Origin: Mytilus californianus
Lineage: Eukaryota
Direction: 5' to 3'
Assembly (NCBI RefSeq): GCF_021869535.1
Contig: NW_026262626.1
Location: forward strand, 27,528,001 to 27,592,000
Length of the DNA: 64,000 nucleotides
The translations under genes and the position numbers were made by a program. Shown in pieces: positions 1 to 14,287 of this stretch. Position 1 is the stretch's first letter; each line of letters begins with the position of its first letter. The notes beneath the pieces are model-generated. The model saw nothing but the letters and a program-made list of their open reading frames with translations, ran no database searches and had not been told where the DNA came from.

Positions 1-189
1 TAAAGGAGAAGGAACCAACACTACAGTGTGGATGAAAAGAAAGACACACTTGCAAAACAGTAGGTCACACTAAAAACTATCGCTTAGACCAATTCGAAAG
101 TTCACCAGACTTGAAGAGTAACGTATGTTTGCTGTTCAACATCATATTCCAAATCCACGCATTAAATAATAATTTTACTCATTTTGTAT

Positions 190-310
190 AGGGGCCCTCG
201 GTGTCCGGGTGGTCCGGGATTTCCAGCTTCCTCCACAAATACAAACTGGTCGCCATGATATAGCCAAGTGAACAGAAAGTTGCGTATAACACCAACGATC
301 AATCTATCAT
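190..310 (+). mobile_element. tRNA-derived SINE fragment (V/Meta-SINE-like)
   Basis: ccggg..tcc.g.ttcctccac.aata.aactg.tcgcca.gatat ... caccaacgatcaatc pattern with a short repeat tail; family assignment is from memory. Confidence 0.45.
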
Positions 311-3300
311 TATTTGGATAGTGTTTTGGCGATTATTCTTATCACAGATTTTTAAATAAGCTTAGACTGATATGTACTGGAAAAATGACATAGAACGTTG
401 CTGAACTTCAAGAAAATTAGCAAACGGATAATTGATTTAACAAGAATTTACAATTACCTTAATCTATAATGAATTCGTTTCAGGTATGTATGTTATCAAC
501 ATGAAATGCATACCAGCAGGAAAATCCTTATAAAACAACGAAGGATCAATAAAAACCGAATGGATATCAATAGTGTTATACGTAAAGTTGACACAGAGAA
601 AGCATATCGATACATGAGGGTCTGGAAAGGGGAGGGGGGGGGTCTTCATTTCTGTATTCTTTAAAAATGGTAAAGCTATTTTTGTCTATTCTTTACTTTT
701 TGGCTATGCTCACAATCCCTCTATTCATTATATTTTAGTTCCCCATTATTCTCTGTTTTGTTACTTTGAGTCCGTTTTTCTCTATTCGTTTTTCTACCAT
801 TATGCCTTATTCGATAATTCCCATGCACACATCCTCATCAAAGGAGAAATGAAGCTCACTTTTTACTCAATTCCAGTTGAGAAGGAAGTGATTTGTGCGT
901 ATTACAACATAAGCACAACCTATAAGGAAACATTTTTTTGTAGTTAAGGCGATCAATCACATAAAAATGTCATGAGTATTCTTTTAATAATGGTTAAGTA
1001 AAGATAAAGTCTGGTAATTATTATAACATTGTTAAACTAGACCAATGAATAATGCAAGCAGATTACTTTTTTTTTATCAAAGAATATAGACCAATTATCA
1101 ATATTGCTTTTGATAATATTCTTGTTTGTGTAATGGTTTTCTTTGTGTATAGGAATGTACATATGTTATTACCACCTAAATAGTTATTATATACAATACT
1201 TTACGTCATCTTTTAAAACAGTACATACTACCATACGGTATGGGTTTTTCTCATTGCTGAAGGTCGTACGGTTGCCTATAATTGCTTACATCCACTTCAT
1301 TTGAACTTTGGTGGATAGCTGTCTCATTGGCAATCATACCACGTCTCCTTATTTTTTTACTAGATATATTTAAGATTCAAATTATATCATCAGATATATA
1401 TCAATAAGAAATGTATTCTTCGACATAAAGTATTAAAGCAGGTTTTAGCGGCAACTAACTGACAAAGTTTTTCATTTCTAAATGAAGATACAAACTTTTT
1501 GTCATTACACAAGTTATAAAATTAATCCTATGTTTTACTGCTACAATGTACAATATATATATTTCGATGGTGCGTGAAATATTTGCCGCTTGACGTTAAG
1601 CAAAATGCAATCAATTAATCATATGATTTTAGTTAAAATTTGAAATTTTTATTCATATGAACTTATGTACGTACATTTACTCTCTTATTAAAAAAATCAT
1701 TATTGTTTACTTATATAAAAATTAAGTGGTATGATTGCCAAAGAGATATCTATCCATTAGAGTTCAAATAACTTGTATATAAGCAAATATAGGCCACCTT
1801 ACGGCCTTCAACAACGAGAAACCCCATACCGAATAGTCAGTTTTAAAAGGCCCCGATATGTGTAATGTGAAACAATTCAAACGAGAAATATAACAGCCTA
1901 ATTTATACAGGCGGAAACCCAGTTGAAATAGAACAAAAGAATCGAAGCTCTTTGTTAGAGAAGGCGATAAATGCTTACTGTAATGTTTACTGTAGTAACA
2001 CAAATTTTAAAAGTTAATAGAAACAAATAAAATGACAGTTTTTTGCTAAATTACGAAATATTTTATCATAAAAACACAATTTGCATAAGTTTTCAATTTA
2101 TCTATTACATAATTAAGCAGAACAATTAGATATCAAGTCGACGACATGGGTGTCTATTAAGTTGGATCTAAAAAATGCATAACCTCCGATTTTTCAAAAA
2201 ATTTTACCACGGACGGAAAACATATCAATCTATTTGTTCCTTAATTTTCGTTTCTGCCCTTCCATTATGTGACTCAAGAAAAAATTCCAAAAAATGGGCA
2301 ACAATTGCATCGAAAAGAGAAAATCGAGTGCACCTTTTTATGTTAGGGCGTGTTTGAGTTGAATATTTTGTCTTGAAAACGTAAAAAGCAAAAGTATTTG
2401 ATACATCATCTCGCTTCAGATTCTATCATTTTTATATATCAAGGCTACAGGTTGACTTTATAACATCGAAAATTCACAGTACTAAAAAAATGAAATATAT
2501 AGGTCAAGTGAAATACCTTTCTAATGAATCATAATAGCAGAGTAGGTGTGTTCGAATAGCAAATTTTTACTAAAAGTACTTGACGACAGACTTTTAAGTT
2601 GGATCTTAAAAATGCATATCTTCGAAAAAACTTCATTTTTTGTGTGTGATATCTAGGGTTTATAGTCTTCAACCACTGAAAATTTTTAGTCTGCCCTTCC
2701 ACGAAATATTGAATTAGAATTTTTTTAAATGTTTATGAATTTTCGAAAATTCCACCTGACAACCGATCAGACAATAGTTATAAGTAGACTGAATGCAGAC
2801 ACTAACTGATGTTCGTTAGCTAGTAGATACATTTGTCTTTTAAAATACAACTGGCATATAAGGATCGTAATGGTGCTATGCGGATAAATTTATCGGTTTT
2901 CAAGAGCTAAATTGGCAGCGCGTCATCCCTACAATGGCTTCCATTTTTACGATTGTAAAAATGAACTGGCGTAATGGGGAGATAATTTTGACGAAGTAGA
3001 ATCCTGACTGTATAACAGTACAATATACAAAAACTATTATGATAGGCATTCAACAACGACAACCATTGAATAACAGGCTCCTGACATAAAGAATGTGGCG
3101 GATTTAAACATGTCTGTGAGCCTTCAACCCCCATCCCCACTAGCCTAGGACAGTAGTGTACATGTAACAGCACATCATAAGAACAATCTGTAAATTTTTT
3201 TTAGTTACAAATGGATTTTTATGTCTTGTTTTATTCTTATAAGACATAGAGAAATATTTCAGAAAAATAGGACAGAGTCGTGTTCGCGTGTATTTTTAAT

Positions 3301-4471
3301 GTTAATATAATATTTATTTTCTACCAGATATTTAATTACCATCACGTGGTATTTAAAATCCAGAAGGCAAAGATAACAAATGTTATGAATTTAGCATTTA
3401 TGACGTTTATAAGGGATAATTAAATATTTTATAGTCATTGAAACTTCTCATCTTAATGGATTGTATAAAACCCTAGAACCATGCCAATCAGGACTCTAAT
3501 GATTTTTTAATCCAGTTCTAACAGGATTCCCAATACATTTACATTACAGTTGATAAGTCTTATACTGAACATTCACAAGAAAACGAAACTTTTTTTTAGA
3601 ATTATCAAGAATTTCTTTTTGGAACTTTTTCAAGAATGAAAAAGAATTTCCTTTCGGAACTTTTTGAGAATGAAAAAAAATTCTGCACAAGATTTTTTAC
3701 CAGAAAAAATTATCCTAGTGTGTATGTACCACCTTTAATAAGTTGAATCAAGTTTAAATTTCATAACTGGTGTGATTTTTAATGACCCCTCTGTGATCCG
3801 TCGTCAACAATCAGTAGTTAAAACATTTTAATATTTATACTATTACAGGTTCAAAAGTGGGATGAATAATTGAAAGATTTTAAATGTCTACATTGATGTA
3901 AAGGTTAACTACCATTTTATTTGTATAAACTACATATTTGGATGGATATAACTTTCATTTAATTTTAAATTTGATTTAATAATAGGAAGACGTAATTCAA
4001 TCGTGCATATATATATATATATATATAAAACTCAATATAAAAGAAGCCCCCTGGCCATTGAATACATAAAACGTATCTGCAACATGCTTTTGGTGGGGTT
4101 TATGTCGCTAAATCTTTAGTTTCTATAGCCATACTGTAGTGTTTTGTGGATATGTTCGTCTTTTCGTCGTTTTTCATTGTTAGCCATGGCGTTTTCTGCT
4201 TCCGAATGTCCCCTTGGTATCGTCCGCCTCTTTTTTACGAGGAATACATAGAAAGAATAAGAATACAATGAAAGCTGATTCGGCATATTCCGAAACTCAA
4301 ACAGCTGTTTCTCATGTCAACGTTTTTATTTAACAGAATAGGTGCTGTCCTTGCAATCCGATATGCAAATTGATACCATTCACTTTTATAAAATCGATTT
4401 GACAAAGTGTGTCAAATTCGAAAGTGACAGGTAAAAATACTAATCCAAGATACCAAGCTTATAATTTTGTC

Positions 4472-4515
4472 CGCCAGACGCGCGTTTCGTCTATACAAAT
4501 GACTCATCAGTGACG
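4472..4515 (-). ncRNA. Type I hammerhead ribozyme, intact core (retrozyme fragment ~4440-4540)
   Basis: Minus strand reads CGTCA-CTGATGA-GTC(atttgtata)GAC-GAAAC-gcgc-GTC^-TGGCG. Confidence 0.85.
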
Positions 4516-5646
4516 CTCGAATAAAAAAAGTTAAAAGAACAGACAACCAAACATTGAATCAACCGTGTGCTTCCTCAACATTTCACACAAGACAAACTTT
4601 CTGAGACTAATACTAGTAGCCTACTGTCTTTGATTCTGTGGGTTGAGGAGCATTAAATCATTAGTTTGATATAAAATACTATCGTTGAAATTCCATATTA
4701 AACTACTTAGGGGCGATCCTCTTAAAGTTAGCCCTCTTAGAGAGACCGTTGCAGACATACTTACAGAGCTTCTTATAACATTTAATTGACCTTTCTTGAG
4801 TTTTTCGAAATAAACATACGCTCTTTGTCATTTGATTGATTTTACTGATAATTAGTATATTTATCTTGATTTGAATTCCTTGCAAAAAAATTTAGTTACA
4901 ATATTAAAAATAAGTTTTTTTTTTCTTTTTTGTTTTTTTTTTTCAATACATGTTATGGAGTTATGATTTTTTTAAATTAGTTACGGTTATCTTTGATAGC
5001 TGATCTAATTTATTAATGATCATGTACGGCATATTTGATAGCCATCTTAAAAATATACTATAAATCAATTTCTGTTGAATAAATTAATCTGTTAAGTTCA
5101 GAAAAATATTTAAAAGGTGTGACGTCATTAACATTGTTAGCTCAAGTGTCGGACAATGATTTAGTTGCTAGCCCCAAAGTTAAAATCTGTGATTGGTATT
5201 TTGAAGTCAATATTAGAAATAAAGATTAACACAATCCATTCGATCCTCCTTGAATGGTTTTAACGTATAAGACTCTAAGACATATGAAGATCTAAGGCAT
5301 GCCATGTTTATTGATATATTGTGTTAAAATTATCAGTTTTAAGCTTGTTTAGTGAAAAAAAATTTATATATTTATTTTGTAATACCAATGTTTGAAATAT
5401 TGTTGCAAAAACATGCCATACCAGTTTAACAAGAAGAAACAGTATTTTACATCCTTAATGGCAATCATGTTTTATATGTTTATTGATTGATATACATTCT
5501 CATTGTTGAGTTGCTATAACAGTGAAAGCTGATTCGGCATGTTCTACGGTTGCCTATAATTGCTTACATCTATGACCACTTAATATGAACTCTGGTGGAT
5601 AGTTGTCTCACTGGCAATAATTCCACATATTTTTATATATATATTT

Positions 5647-5919
5647 AGGGAGCAACCATTTAACTTCAAGGGGGGGGGGGGGGGGGTATGGTTTTTTTTT
5701 GAGTCAGAAAATTTTCGATGCTATCAATCAAATTATTTTTTTTTTCAAAATTGAACACTATAAGGTATGGGGAAAATCTGGATTCAGAATATTTTTTTTT
5801 TGTCATCTGCTTGACCAGAATATTTTTTTCATCAAATTGGGGATCAGAATATTTTTTTAGGAAAAACCATACCCCCCCCCCCCCCCCCCTCCCCTTTTGA
5901 AGTTAAATGGTCGTTCCCT
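5647..5919. mobile_element. MITE with ~30-bp TIRs and poly-G/poly-C subterminal tracts
   Basis: AGGGAGCAACCATTTAACTTCAAGGGGG ... CCCCTTTTGAAGTTAAATGGTCGTTCCCT. Confidence 0.75.
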
Positions 5920-6315
5920 TATAGTCTTTCATAGTTCTTTAAAGAATGGCACCTTCAAATATTTTACATGTTTTATATATGATTGCTGTATATATAAGTA
6001 TCTTGTTATAAATGTTTGTTGAAAGTGGTGAGACTTTAATAAACTATTGAATCTGAATCTATTGAATCTATAAATTGTAATGAAACTGGTCTGTCAATTG
6101 AAACGTCACAAATGACAAGATAATTTATTTTCCTATTTAACTAAATGAAAAAAGAAGAATTATTGTATAAAGCATTAAAAAGTTTTTAAAACATACTTGT
6201 GCACATGATAAAATTAATAAATAATTTTTTCATGTCAGGCTATACATTTTAACATGGGTTGGCATATAATGAAAAAAATATTTCGTTTCTAATAGGAAAA
6301 TTCAGAACCTTTTTC

Positions 6316-6512
6316 TTTCGAAGCGGTCCTATACATTCGTAGCGACCCTATACGACACGTTTGAAGAGACCCTAAGACACTTTCGTGGCGGCTATACGTA
6401 TAAGACACTTTCGAGGCGGCCCTGTAAGACACTTTCGTAGCGGACCTATAAGACACTTTCGAAGCTGCTCTATAAGACATTTTGATAGGGGCCCGATAAG
6501 ACACTTTCGAAA
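6316..6512. repeat. 24-bp minisatellite, ~6 clear plus ~2 degenerate units
   Basis: taagacactttcg(a/t)..cggc.cta repeated; it generates the SYRAASKV-type ORF 6289-6504. Confidence 0.8.
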
Positions 6513-6761
6513 GGCAGTCATTTTAATTTGATAAAGCGAAAACTAACCGTTTCACAATAAAAAATGTACAAACACACAAAGATTTACTTTTTAGAAGTAT
6601 TATTGAAACTAGCGAGCAACATCCACACCGATGCTCATTTGATTTTCCCGTGTCGTTCAAATACAACAGATGTATCAATTTTCAACTGGGACGCAACTCA
6701 CGCGTACCAAGATTGTTATTGCAATTAAAACTTGAATATCTATACTACATTTGTACTAAAA

Positions 6762-6816
<55 letters not shown>

Positions 6817-6859
6817 AATTTGTGATATGACGTATAAATGTAGTGTTTTGTACTTCTTA

Positions 6860-7160
6860 AATTTGTCGTTCAAACAAAAATATTGTCCTGCCTATTTATT
6901 TTTCCCTCTATTCGGTCCTGCCTTTTTATTTTCCCCTCTATTCGGTCCTGCCTTTTTATTTTTCACTCTATTCGGTCCTGCTTTTTTTTTTAAAGTTCAT
7001 CCTGACTTTTTTTTTACATACATTGTCATCCTGCCTTTTTTTTTTGCAAATAATCCCATCCTGCCTTTTTTTTACTCAAAACTCCTGTCCTGCCTATTTT
7101 TTTCAAATTTCATCCTAGCCCCCCCCCCCCCCCCCCTAAAAATCAAATGGTAGCTCCCTT
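6860..7160. mobile_element. Truncated relative of the 5647 MITE with internal ~30-bp tandem repeat
   Basis: Right end poly-C-taaaaatcaaatggtagctccctt; three copies of cctgcc...ctctattcggt at 6887-6982; no left TIR found. Confidence 0.55.
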
Positions 7161-8002
7161 ATACGCTTTCGCGCATGATCAGTTGATCCCTTTCGGTAAT
7201 GTCAACGGATTTTTATGAGTTAAAAGGGTAAAAAACTACTGAAAATCACACTTTGCCACACTTTTCTTAGGGTATTTAATATTTTTATTTTCCAACCGAG
7301 AGGAATGGGGTCTTTGCATTATGTTCTTCATTTTCATCTCTTTAAAGAAATAGAATTAACTGCATTAACCGTGTCCAAATCCTTACTGTGTCTACCTTAT
7401 TACTAAGTCCACACTCTTTGTTTCAACACTTGCCCAATTGTACCGCGATTTCGCGGGCATCTTCTAGTGTTTACTACGCTAAAGAAATCGTCATATTAGA
7501 ATATAATATAAAAGGAAGATAGATTTATTCGTATGACGTGTTTTTGCAATGTACCTTTTCAATATAAGTATAAAAGACATTTTCGATCTCTTCAATATTT
7601 ATTTTATCCGATTTTGAAGTAATAATTATCATGAATAATCTTTGTAACAACTCTTTGGAAATTCCTATTTCATCGATTAAACAATGGCCTTTCAACGTTA
7701 CTCGCTTTAAACATACTGTAAACATGGAAGTCTTTTGTCTAAAATTGATATCAAATATGCATACCGTCTAGAGTAAACTAGCGTAAAAATTAGAAAGTAT
7801 AATTTTAAGTACAATTTAAATTTTACAACAATCTAGGATAATAAGGTTTGCAGAAACTTTAAAATGGCGTTTAGATGTCAACTCTTTGTAGGAGAAGGCA
7901 ATAACAAAAGAAATTTTTGTTTTTAGATGTTTTGCGTTTCTATATTTTTATGTTCGACGGGCGATGATAAAGCGAAGCTAAATTCGAAGAATTAAGGAAG
8001 AA

Positions 8003-8150
8003 TAAAATTGAGAATGGAAATGGGGAATATGTCAAAGAGACAACAACCCGACCAAAGAGCAGACAACAGCCGAAGGCCACCAATGGGTCTTCAATGCAGC
8101 GAGAAAATCCCGCATCCGGAGGTGGTCCTCAGCTAGCCCCTAAATAAAAT
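8003..8150 (-). mobile_element. Solo 3'-end copy of the element at 12893-14287
   Basis: Near-identical to 12893-13040 (aaattgagaatggaaatgggg...gcccctaaa). Confidence 0.8.
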
Positions 8151-8509
8151 TGTGTGCTATCTAAGTCTATCTAAATGAATAATAGTAATAAAAAAACCAA
8201 TACAAGATTACACAGAAAGTTCAAAAGATTTCTTGCAAATGATATATTCCTCACCACTATGGATGTTTTGTGGCATATTTTTGTGGGAAAAAAATTATAC
8301 TGTCATCACCCTGAAATCTTTCGATATCAAGATAAAACAAACAAAACCTTAAGTCTAAAATTTCAATGACAATAGAGGAAATATGTGTGTTAGAGTTGTG
8401 TGAACACTTAACAACAATATCATGCTTAATGAAGTTATTGTCTTGTCTTACCTACCAAACAAAACAATAATTTCAAAAGAACGATGATTTCGTTTCATTT
8501 CTTCATGTA

Positions 8510-8680
8510 GAACCGGATCTGCTTACCCTTCCGCAGCACCTGAGATCACTCCGGTTTTTGGTGGGGTTCGTGTTGCTTAGTCTTTAGTTTTCTATGTTGT
8601 GTTTTGCATACTGTTGTTTGCCTTTCGTTCATTTTTTGTTTTTTTGGCTACGGCATTGTCAGTTTGTTTTCGACTTATGA
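8510..8680 (+). mobile_element. 3' end fragment of second PLE-type family
   Basis: ggatctgcttacccttccgcagcacctgagatcac...ggtggggttcgtgttgcttagtctttagttttctatg is the reverse complement of 57385-57540. Confidence 0.6.
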
Positions 8681-9873
8681 CTTACAACAAGGTCAACTCA
8701 ACACCTAATGTCGACGTATGAAGGTAGACAATCGTGACAAGGGGTTTTCTGACTTTATCTGCCAGTAAGTAAATTATGCTTAGTTCTGCTAACGCCTGAC
8801 AACACTGAAACTCCAACCTGTTTCAATGTACAGCAGCTGACCTATGATGAGATCCGTAATACTGTTTTCAATCTAAGTCAATTGTCTATAAATTCCACAA
8901 TAAATACACCTGTTGCCAGGATACAAACCCAATACATTTAGCGATGTTATCTTAATTAATGCAGCAATAGAGTTCAATCGAACAGGTTGTGTCATTGTAC
9001 GATGCAGGCTTTAACTCAAGACCCAAACTTCAGTACACAATCTAATAATTGATATTGTTTTGATTATTGTTTCTTAAGATAATAAACTCCGTGCTGAAGG
9101 TTGTACTTTGACCTATAATTGTTTACTTTTTACACATTGTGACTTGGATGGATTGTTGTTTCATTGGCACTCATACCACATCTTATTTATATATATATAG
9201 AATGCTAATAGTACTGTTATATATTGAATGTTTGATTTTAAAGCCACTTTCAGGACTCTTGGCATAACGTGTTCGTCAGTTTTTATTGGTGTGGGAAACC
9301 AGTGTGAACCACTCACCTTCGGCGACTGTTATATAGATAATCACTTAAAATAGGATTTAATTCATTTTCCAAACAGATGATTTATTATCACACTTCTTGT
9401 CAATTCTTAAAAGAAGATTTTGCAAAAACACGTAACCTAAACATTTAAATTTACCACTTAGTATGATTAGTGTAATAAATATAAACTTTTAAGTTACGAA
9501 TGTCAAATATTAAATTGACTTCTAAATCAGTATAAACTACAAATTAGAAATGTTAGCTCTGTCAAACATCGATAAGGGACATTATACATTTATTTCCCGT
9601 GCCTGATGGATATATGAGAATTTGTTCACCATAAAAAAATTCTTATTTCCCGAGGGTTTTGCTGTACCTACTTTTTAACCCAATGGTACGTTAGTGCCAT
9701 TTTAAAAACATATTCTTAACAGATTATTTTCATTGTGCGTCACACTACTGATTTACCGAGTTGTCTCCCTTAACCATATTCTTTCCCACCAAAGTAACCC
9801 GAATAATGTCAGTCGTTATATTCCGCCGATCTCCGTCTAATCTCCGATTGCTACATTAACGATAGGCTATAGG

Positions 9874-9887
9874 CCGCTAGAGGGCGC
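9874..9887 (+). promoter_or_regulatory. Candidate CTCF-binding site
   Basis: CCGCTAGAGGGCGC closely fits the CTCF core consensus CCASYAGRKGGCRS, in a small CpG-richer patch. Confidence 0.4.
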
Positions 9888-10532
9888 AGAATTATTCGAG
9901 TTACCACCAAAGAAGACATATATATATAAAATACAATCTTCATCGATAATCGCTACGTATGTAAAAACATATATATGCGAGACAATAACTAATAACAAAA
10001 ACGGTTCGTTGTATTGCATGAATAATTTTGATTGATTTATTAATATAAAAATAAGGAGATGTGATATGACTGCCAATGAGACAACTATCCACCCAAGTTC
10101 AAATGAAGTGCATAGTGGAGTTCAGAAAAATGACAGTTATCGATAGATTTATATGAAAATGTATATGGTTGCTTATGTAGAGATTGAGTGTCTTATTAAA
10201 TGGTTTATTGTTTCATAGCATGTTTAATATTTCAGACCCTGGTCTCAATAGAGTTATTTATGTCAATAGTTACTTTAAAATTCAAAACTTTTGAATAATG
10301 TAGGTAAACAAGTAAATTTAAATCTCTGATGAAGAGACGTAAACACGTTAATATGATAGATATATATACCAAAGTTGAACATTTTTCATATTCGATTTCG
10401 CATCGGTGTCATTGTTCCGTTTCAGTGTTTAAAGTTCTCTTGTTTCCAGGTAGTTATTTATTTTTGACCCCCGTATCTTTTGAAAGAAACATCTTTAATT
10501 CACGTTATTACAATTAAATTTTGATTGTACAC

Positions 10533-10568
<36 letters not shown>

Positions 10569-12892
10569 CACAAACAACATTTTCCAAAAGACCAAAAAGT
10601 GAAAAAGTATATTTTAACAAAACGCATTTGACTAGCAGGTCGAACAACGGATGTTCTTAAACCCTGCTGACTGTCATGGCGATTGCCAAATAATTTCACT
10701 TTTTGGTCTTTTGGAAAATGTTGTTTGTGCTGTAATTAGACCCCTCTACCAAGAAATTTGTTTTGCATGCACACGTATAAAAATTGCGGTTTTTATCCAA
10801 CGCAATCATAGGTTTGAACGTTGTTTTCAATTTAGACTTGTATATATATATATATATATATATATGTAATTATGCATTTCATTAAAGTTGAATGAAAGAA
10901 GATATTCATATGATATATAATTTTAAGATTTGACTGAATACTTCGACCTATTTTAATTGTATATTTCTTCACGTGTTATCTATACTAATATCGTAAAGGA
11001 ACTTACCTGAATTTGAACCTGTAACGATAACAATTTTGTCGCGTGGTTGACTAACCATTGGAATACTCTTCGAAGTTCCCATATTAGAAGAAAATTTTGT
11101 ATAACAACATTAGTAAAATAAACTACGTGCACTTGATCTTAATCCACTGCATATTACTACAGGTTTCTAAGTCAAATATATTAGACAATTCCGAATAAAC
11201 CTATCAATTCTTTAAGAGAAAAACATTCTGTCAAAACACTACAATCGATCTGAACACCAGAATAAAAATGCTATAATTAGCTTTAAATAGCTAACCGCCT
11301 GAATGGCTATTTTCAATACCAAATATGATTACAAGTATGTATATAGATTTTAAATTCCTTTGACTGTTGTTCGAGCATGTTTGACTGACATGCTGGAAAG
11401 AATCTGATAAATCACTTGGATATTTTAATTAATTTGTAATATTGATTAGGTATTGTTTCCGTATTACGGATATTTCACAGAATGTCGTTTGCAATAATTT
11501 ATTGCAGGTGTATGAAGCTGTATATATGGTGTCTAAGATATATATAAGAATTCAATACTAAACTGCAGGTGTTACGTGTAAACGGAAACTAAGATAATAA
11601 ACACTTTCAATGCAATCAAATTGCATTTCTCTAAGAGTGCTACTTTTTAATCTAAGGAAACATCATATTATGTATCTGAAAGAATTTTAGTTGATATACC
11701 AGCTAAAGGTCCGCTTAACCAAAAACTCTTTTTAAAGCATTATCTACTCACCTTGATAGATGAGAGAGGGTTGCCTCCCCTGACTTACTGCGACATAAGA
11801 TGATGCATAATTGAATTAGTAAATTATTATTTAACCCATCTTGTATGGTCAAGGATTTATATAATCAAATCCCTTAAACTTGATTAAAAATAAAAATTGA
11901 ATTGAAGAAAAATACCTGTTTACTGTATATTTGTTGTAAAATAATCATAACTGAAAATTTTTGGATACATGATGTAATTTCAAAATTTTTTATTTTTGTT
12001 TGTCACAAGCAGTACTTCATATACTTTACGACAATAAAGATTGCTATTAATATAATCATAATAACCTATTACTAATTGACAGGAATCATTTTGTGAAAAC
12101 TTCATGCTATCATTATTATCAAAATAAAATAAAAAAAACATGCGTTAATTCATCTATGAATGAATACATTGTTTTACCTAACAATGAATAAAGTCAAAAG
12201 AATAAAGTAATTTGAGCAATATGTTCTATTCGTTCTCTTTCAAAGAAATCAGTCACAATAAAAAGTAATTTTACTCTTGTGTAAGTCATAGTTCTAGGAA
12301 TTCAAGTTCCGACAACATGCTTGTAGAATATGTATGAAAACTTTAATATCGATCAAAGATCAGACAACGTAGATATCTTGAATTCACCATACAGATCTTA
12401 GAAAAAGATTAGGCATACACTCCTTTATTAGATTTCGGACGTTTGGGAAATATTTATCTAAGGAAATTCCCATCATTGTTTAATTTCAAAAGTGCTTTAT
12501 ATTTATTCAGATTAATGTACAAACATTCCATCTGTTATTTTTATCGACAAGTGCCGAGAAAGGGAGAACAAACATTGTTTTGTATATTTTTGCTGGTTTC
12601 CCCGTCTTAATCTCCTCTTTTCAACAAACAGTTAAAGCATCTTGTTCACGATGAACACAAACAACGAAATCTTCGTTTTATTTGATTATGATAGGTACGA
12701 ATACTGTATGGACTGATTACTAATAGCTCAATAATATATGTTTTAAATTTGCTGGTTGGTCTTTTTCATATCAAGTGAGGAAAACGCAAAATAGATATTA
12801 TAAGTTCAAACAAAAATTGATTAGATAAATGAGCTACAAAACAGTGGATCGCATTCGTTAGACACCAAATCTCTTGAAAAGATTAAATGACA

Positions 12893-14287
12893 TAAAATTG
12901 AGAATGGAAATGGGGAATGTGTCAAAGAGACAACGACCCGACCATAGAGCAGACAACAGCCGAAGGCCACCAATGGGTCTTCAATGCAGCGAGAAACTCC
13001 GCACCCGGAGGCGTCCTTCAGCTGGCCCCTAAACAAATATGTATACTAGTTCAGTGATAATGGACGTCATACTAAACTCCAAATTATACACAGGAAACTA
13101 AAATTAAAAATGATACAAGACTAACAAAGGCCAGAGGCTCCTGACTTGGGACAGGCGCAAAAATGCGGCGGGGTTAAACATGTTTTTTGAGATCTCAACC
13201 CTCCCCCTATACCTCTAGCCAATGTAGTAAAAACAAACGCACAACAGTACGCACAGTAAAACTCAGTATAAGAGAAGTCCGAGACCGATGTCAGAATAGG
13301 AAACAAAAGAAAATAAACAAAATGACAATAATACATAAATAACAACAGACTACTAGCAGTTACTGACATGCCAGCTCCAGACCTCAATTAAACTGATTGA
13401 AAGATTATGTCTTCATCATATGAATATCAGGCACAATCCCTCCTGTTAGGGGTTTAGTGTTATACCGTCATAAAATATACGAGAAGAACATAACCCGTGT
13501 CATGCCAACAACTGGTTTTAGAACAAATGTGTTTAATTCCGATGCAAAGACCCTATAAGTGAATCAATGTTAAAGCCAAAATATGCAATCTTTAATGACC
13601 TGACAACAGTTTCGTAACTATATCCCCTCTTAATAAGTCTGTTTAAAGGTTTTGTTAGCTTTTGAGGTGAATACTGACATTTTTGTGCTTTGTAAAGAAT
13701 ATTACCATAAAAGATTGGATGTGAAATACCCGAACGTATAAGATGTCTGCATGTTGAGTTATATTTACGAATGATGTCCTTGTACCGATGATAAAATTTA
13801 GTAAATGTTTTGACTAGTTTATGATATCGAAAACTCTGGTGTAATAATTTTTCAGTAATACATAAATTTCTCTCGCTAAAATCTAATACGTTGTTACATA
13901 CACGAGCGAATCGTACAAGTTGAGATATATAAACACCATAAGATGGTGACAAGGGAACGTCACCATCTAAAAATGGATAATTAACGATAGGAAATGAAAA
14001 ATCATCTCTTTTATCATAAATTTTTGTATTAAGCTTCCCGTTAATGATATAGATATCAAGATCGAGGAAAGGACAGTGGTCATTGTTAGTATTAGCTTTA
14101 TTTAAAGTAAGTTCAACAGGATAAATTTCTTTAGTATACATACTGAAGTCGTCATTATTGAGAGCCAATATATCATCCAAATATCTAAAAGTATTGTTAA
14201 ATTTTTGTATCAGATGTTGTTTCGATGGGTCTTTGCTGATTTTAGTCATAAATTGTAACTCATAACAATACAAAAACAGGTCCGCAT
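12893..14287 (-). mobile_element. 5'-truncated Penelope-like (PLE-type) retroelement: RT C-terminal half plus thumb region and ~640-nt 3' tail
   Basis: ORF 13533-14348 contains ADLFLYCYE, FRYLDDIL, FLDLDI, IYDKRDDFSFPIVNYPFL, YGVYISQLVRFAR and KLLHQ..F.KFY.R. Recognisable homology starts at ADLFLY (~14285). The ORF ends with no GIY-YIG domain. The tail ends CCATTTCCATTCTCAATTTTA, matching several solo copies in the window. Confidence 0.85.

Noticed and set aside
1-125. Possible coding fragment at the window edge
   Set aside because: Too short, stops in the plausible frames, no motif.
8780-8945. Exon-like open stretch (LLTPDNTETPTCFNVQQLTYDEIRN..)
   Set aside because: About 50 codons, no recognisable motif and no partner exons or convincing donor.
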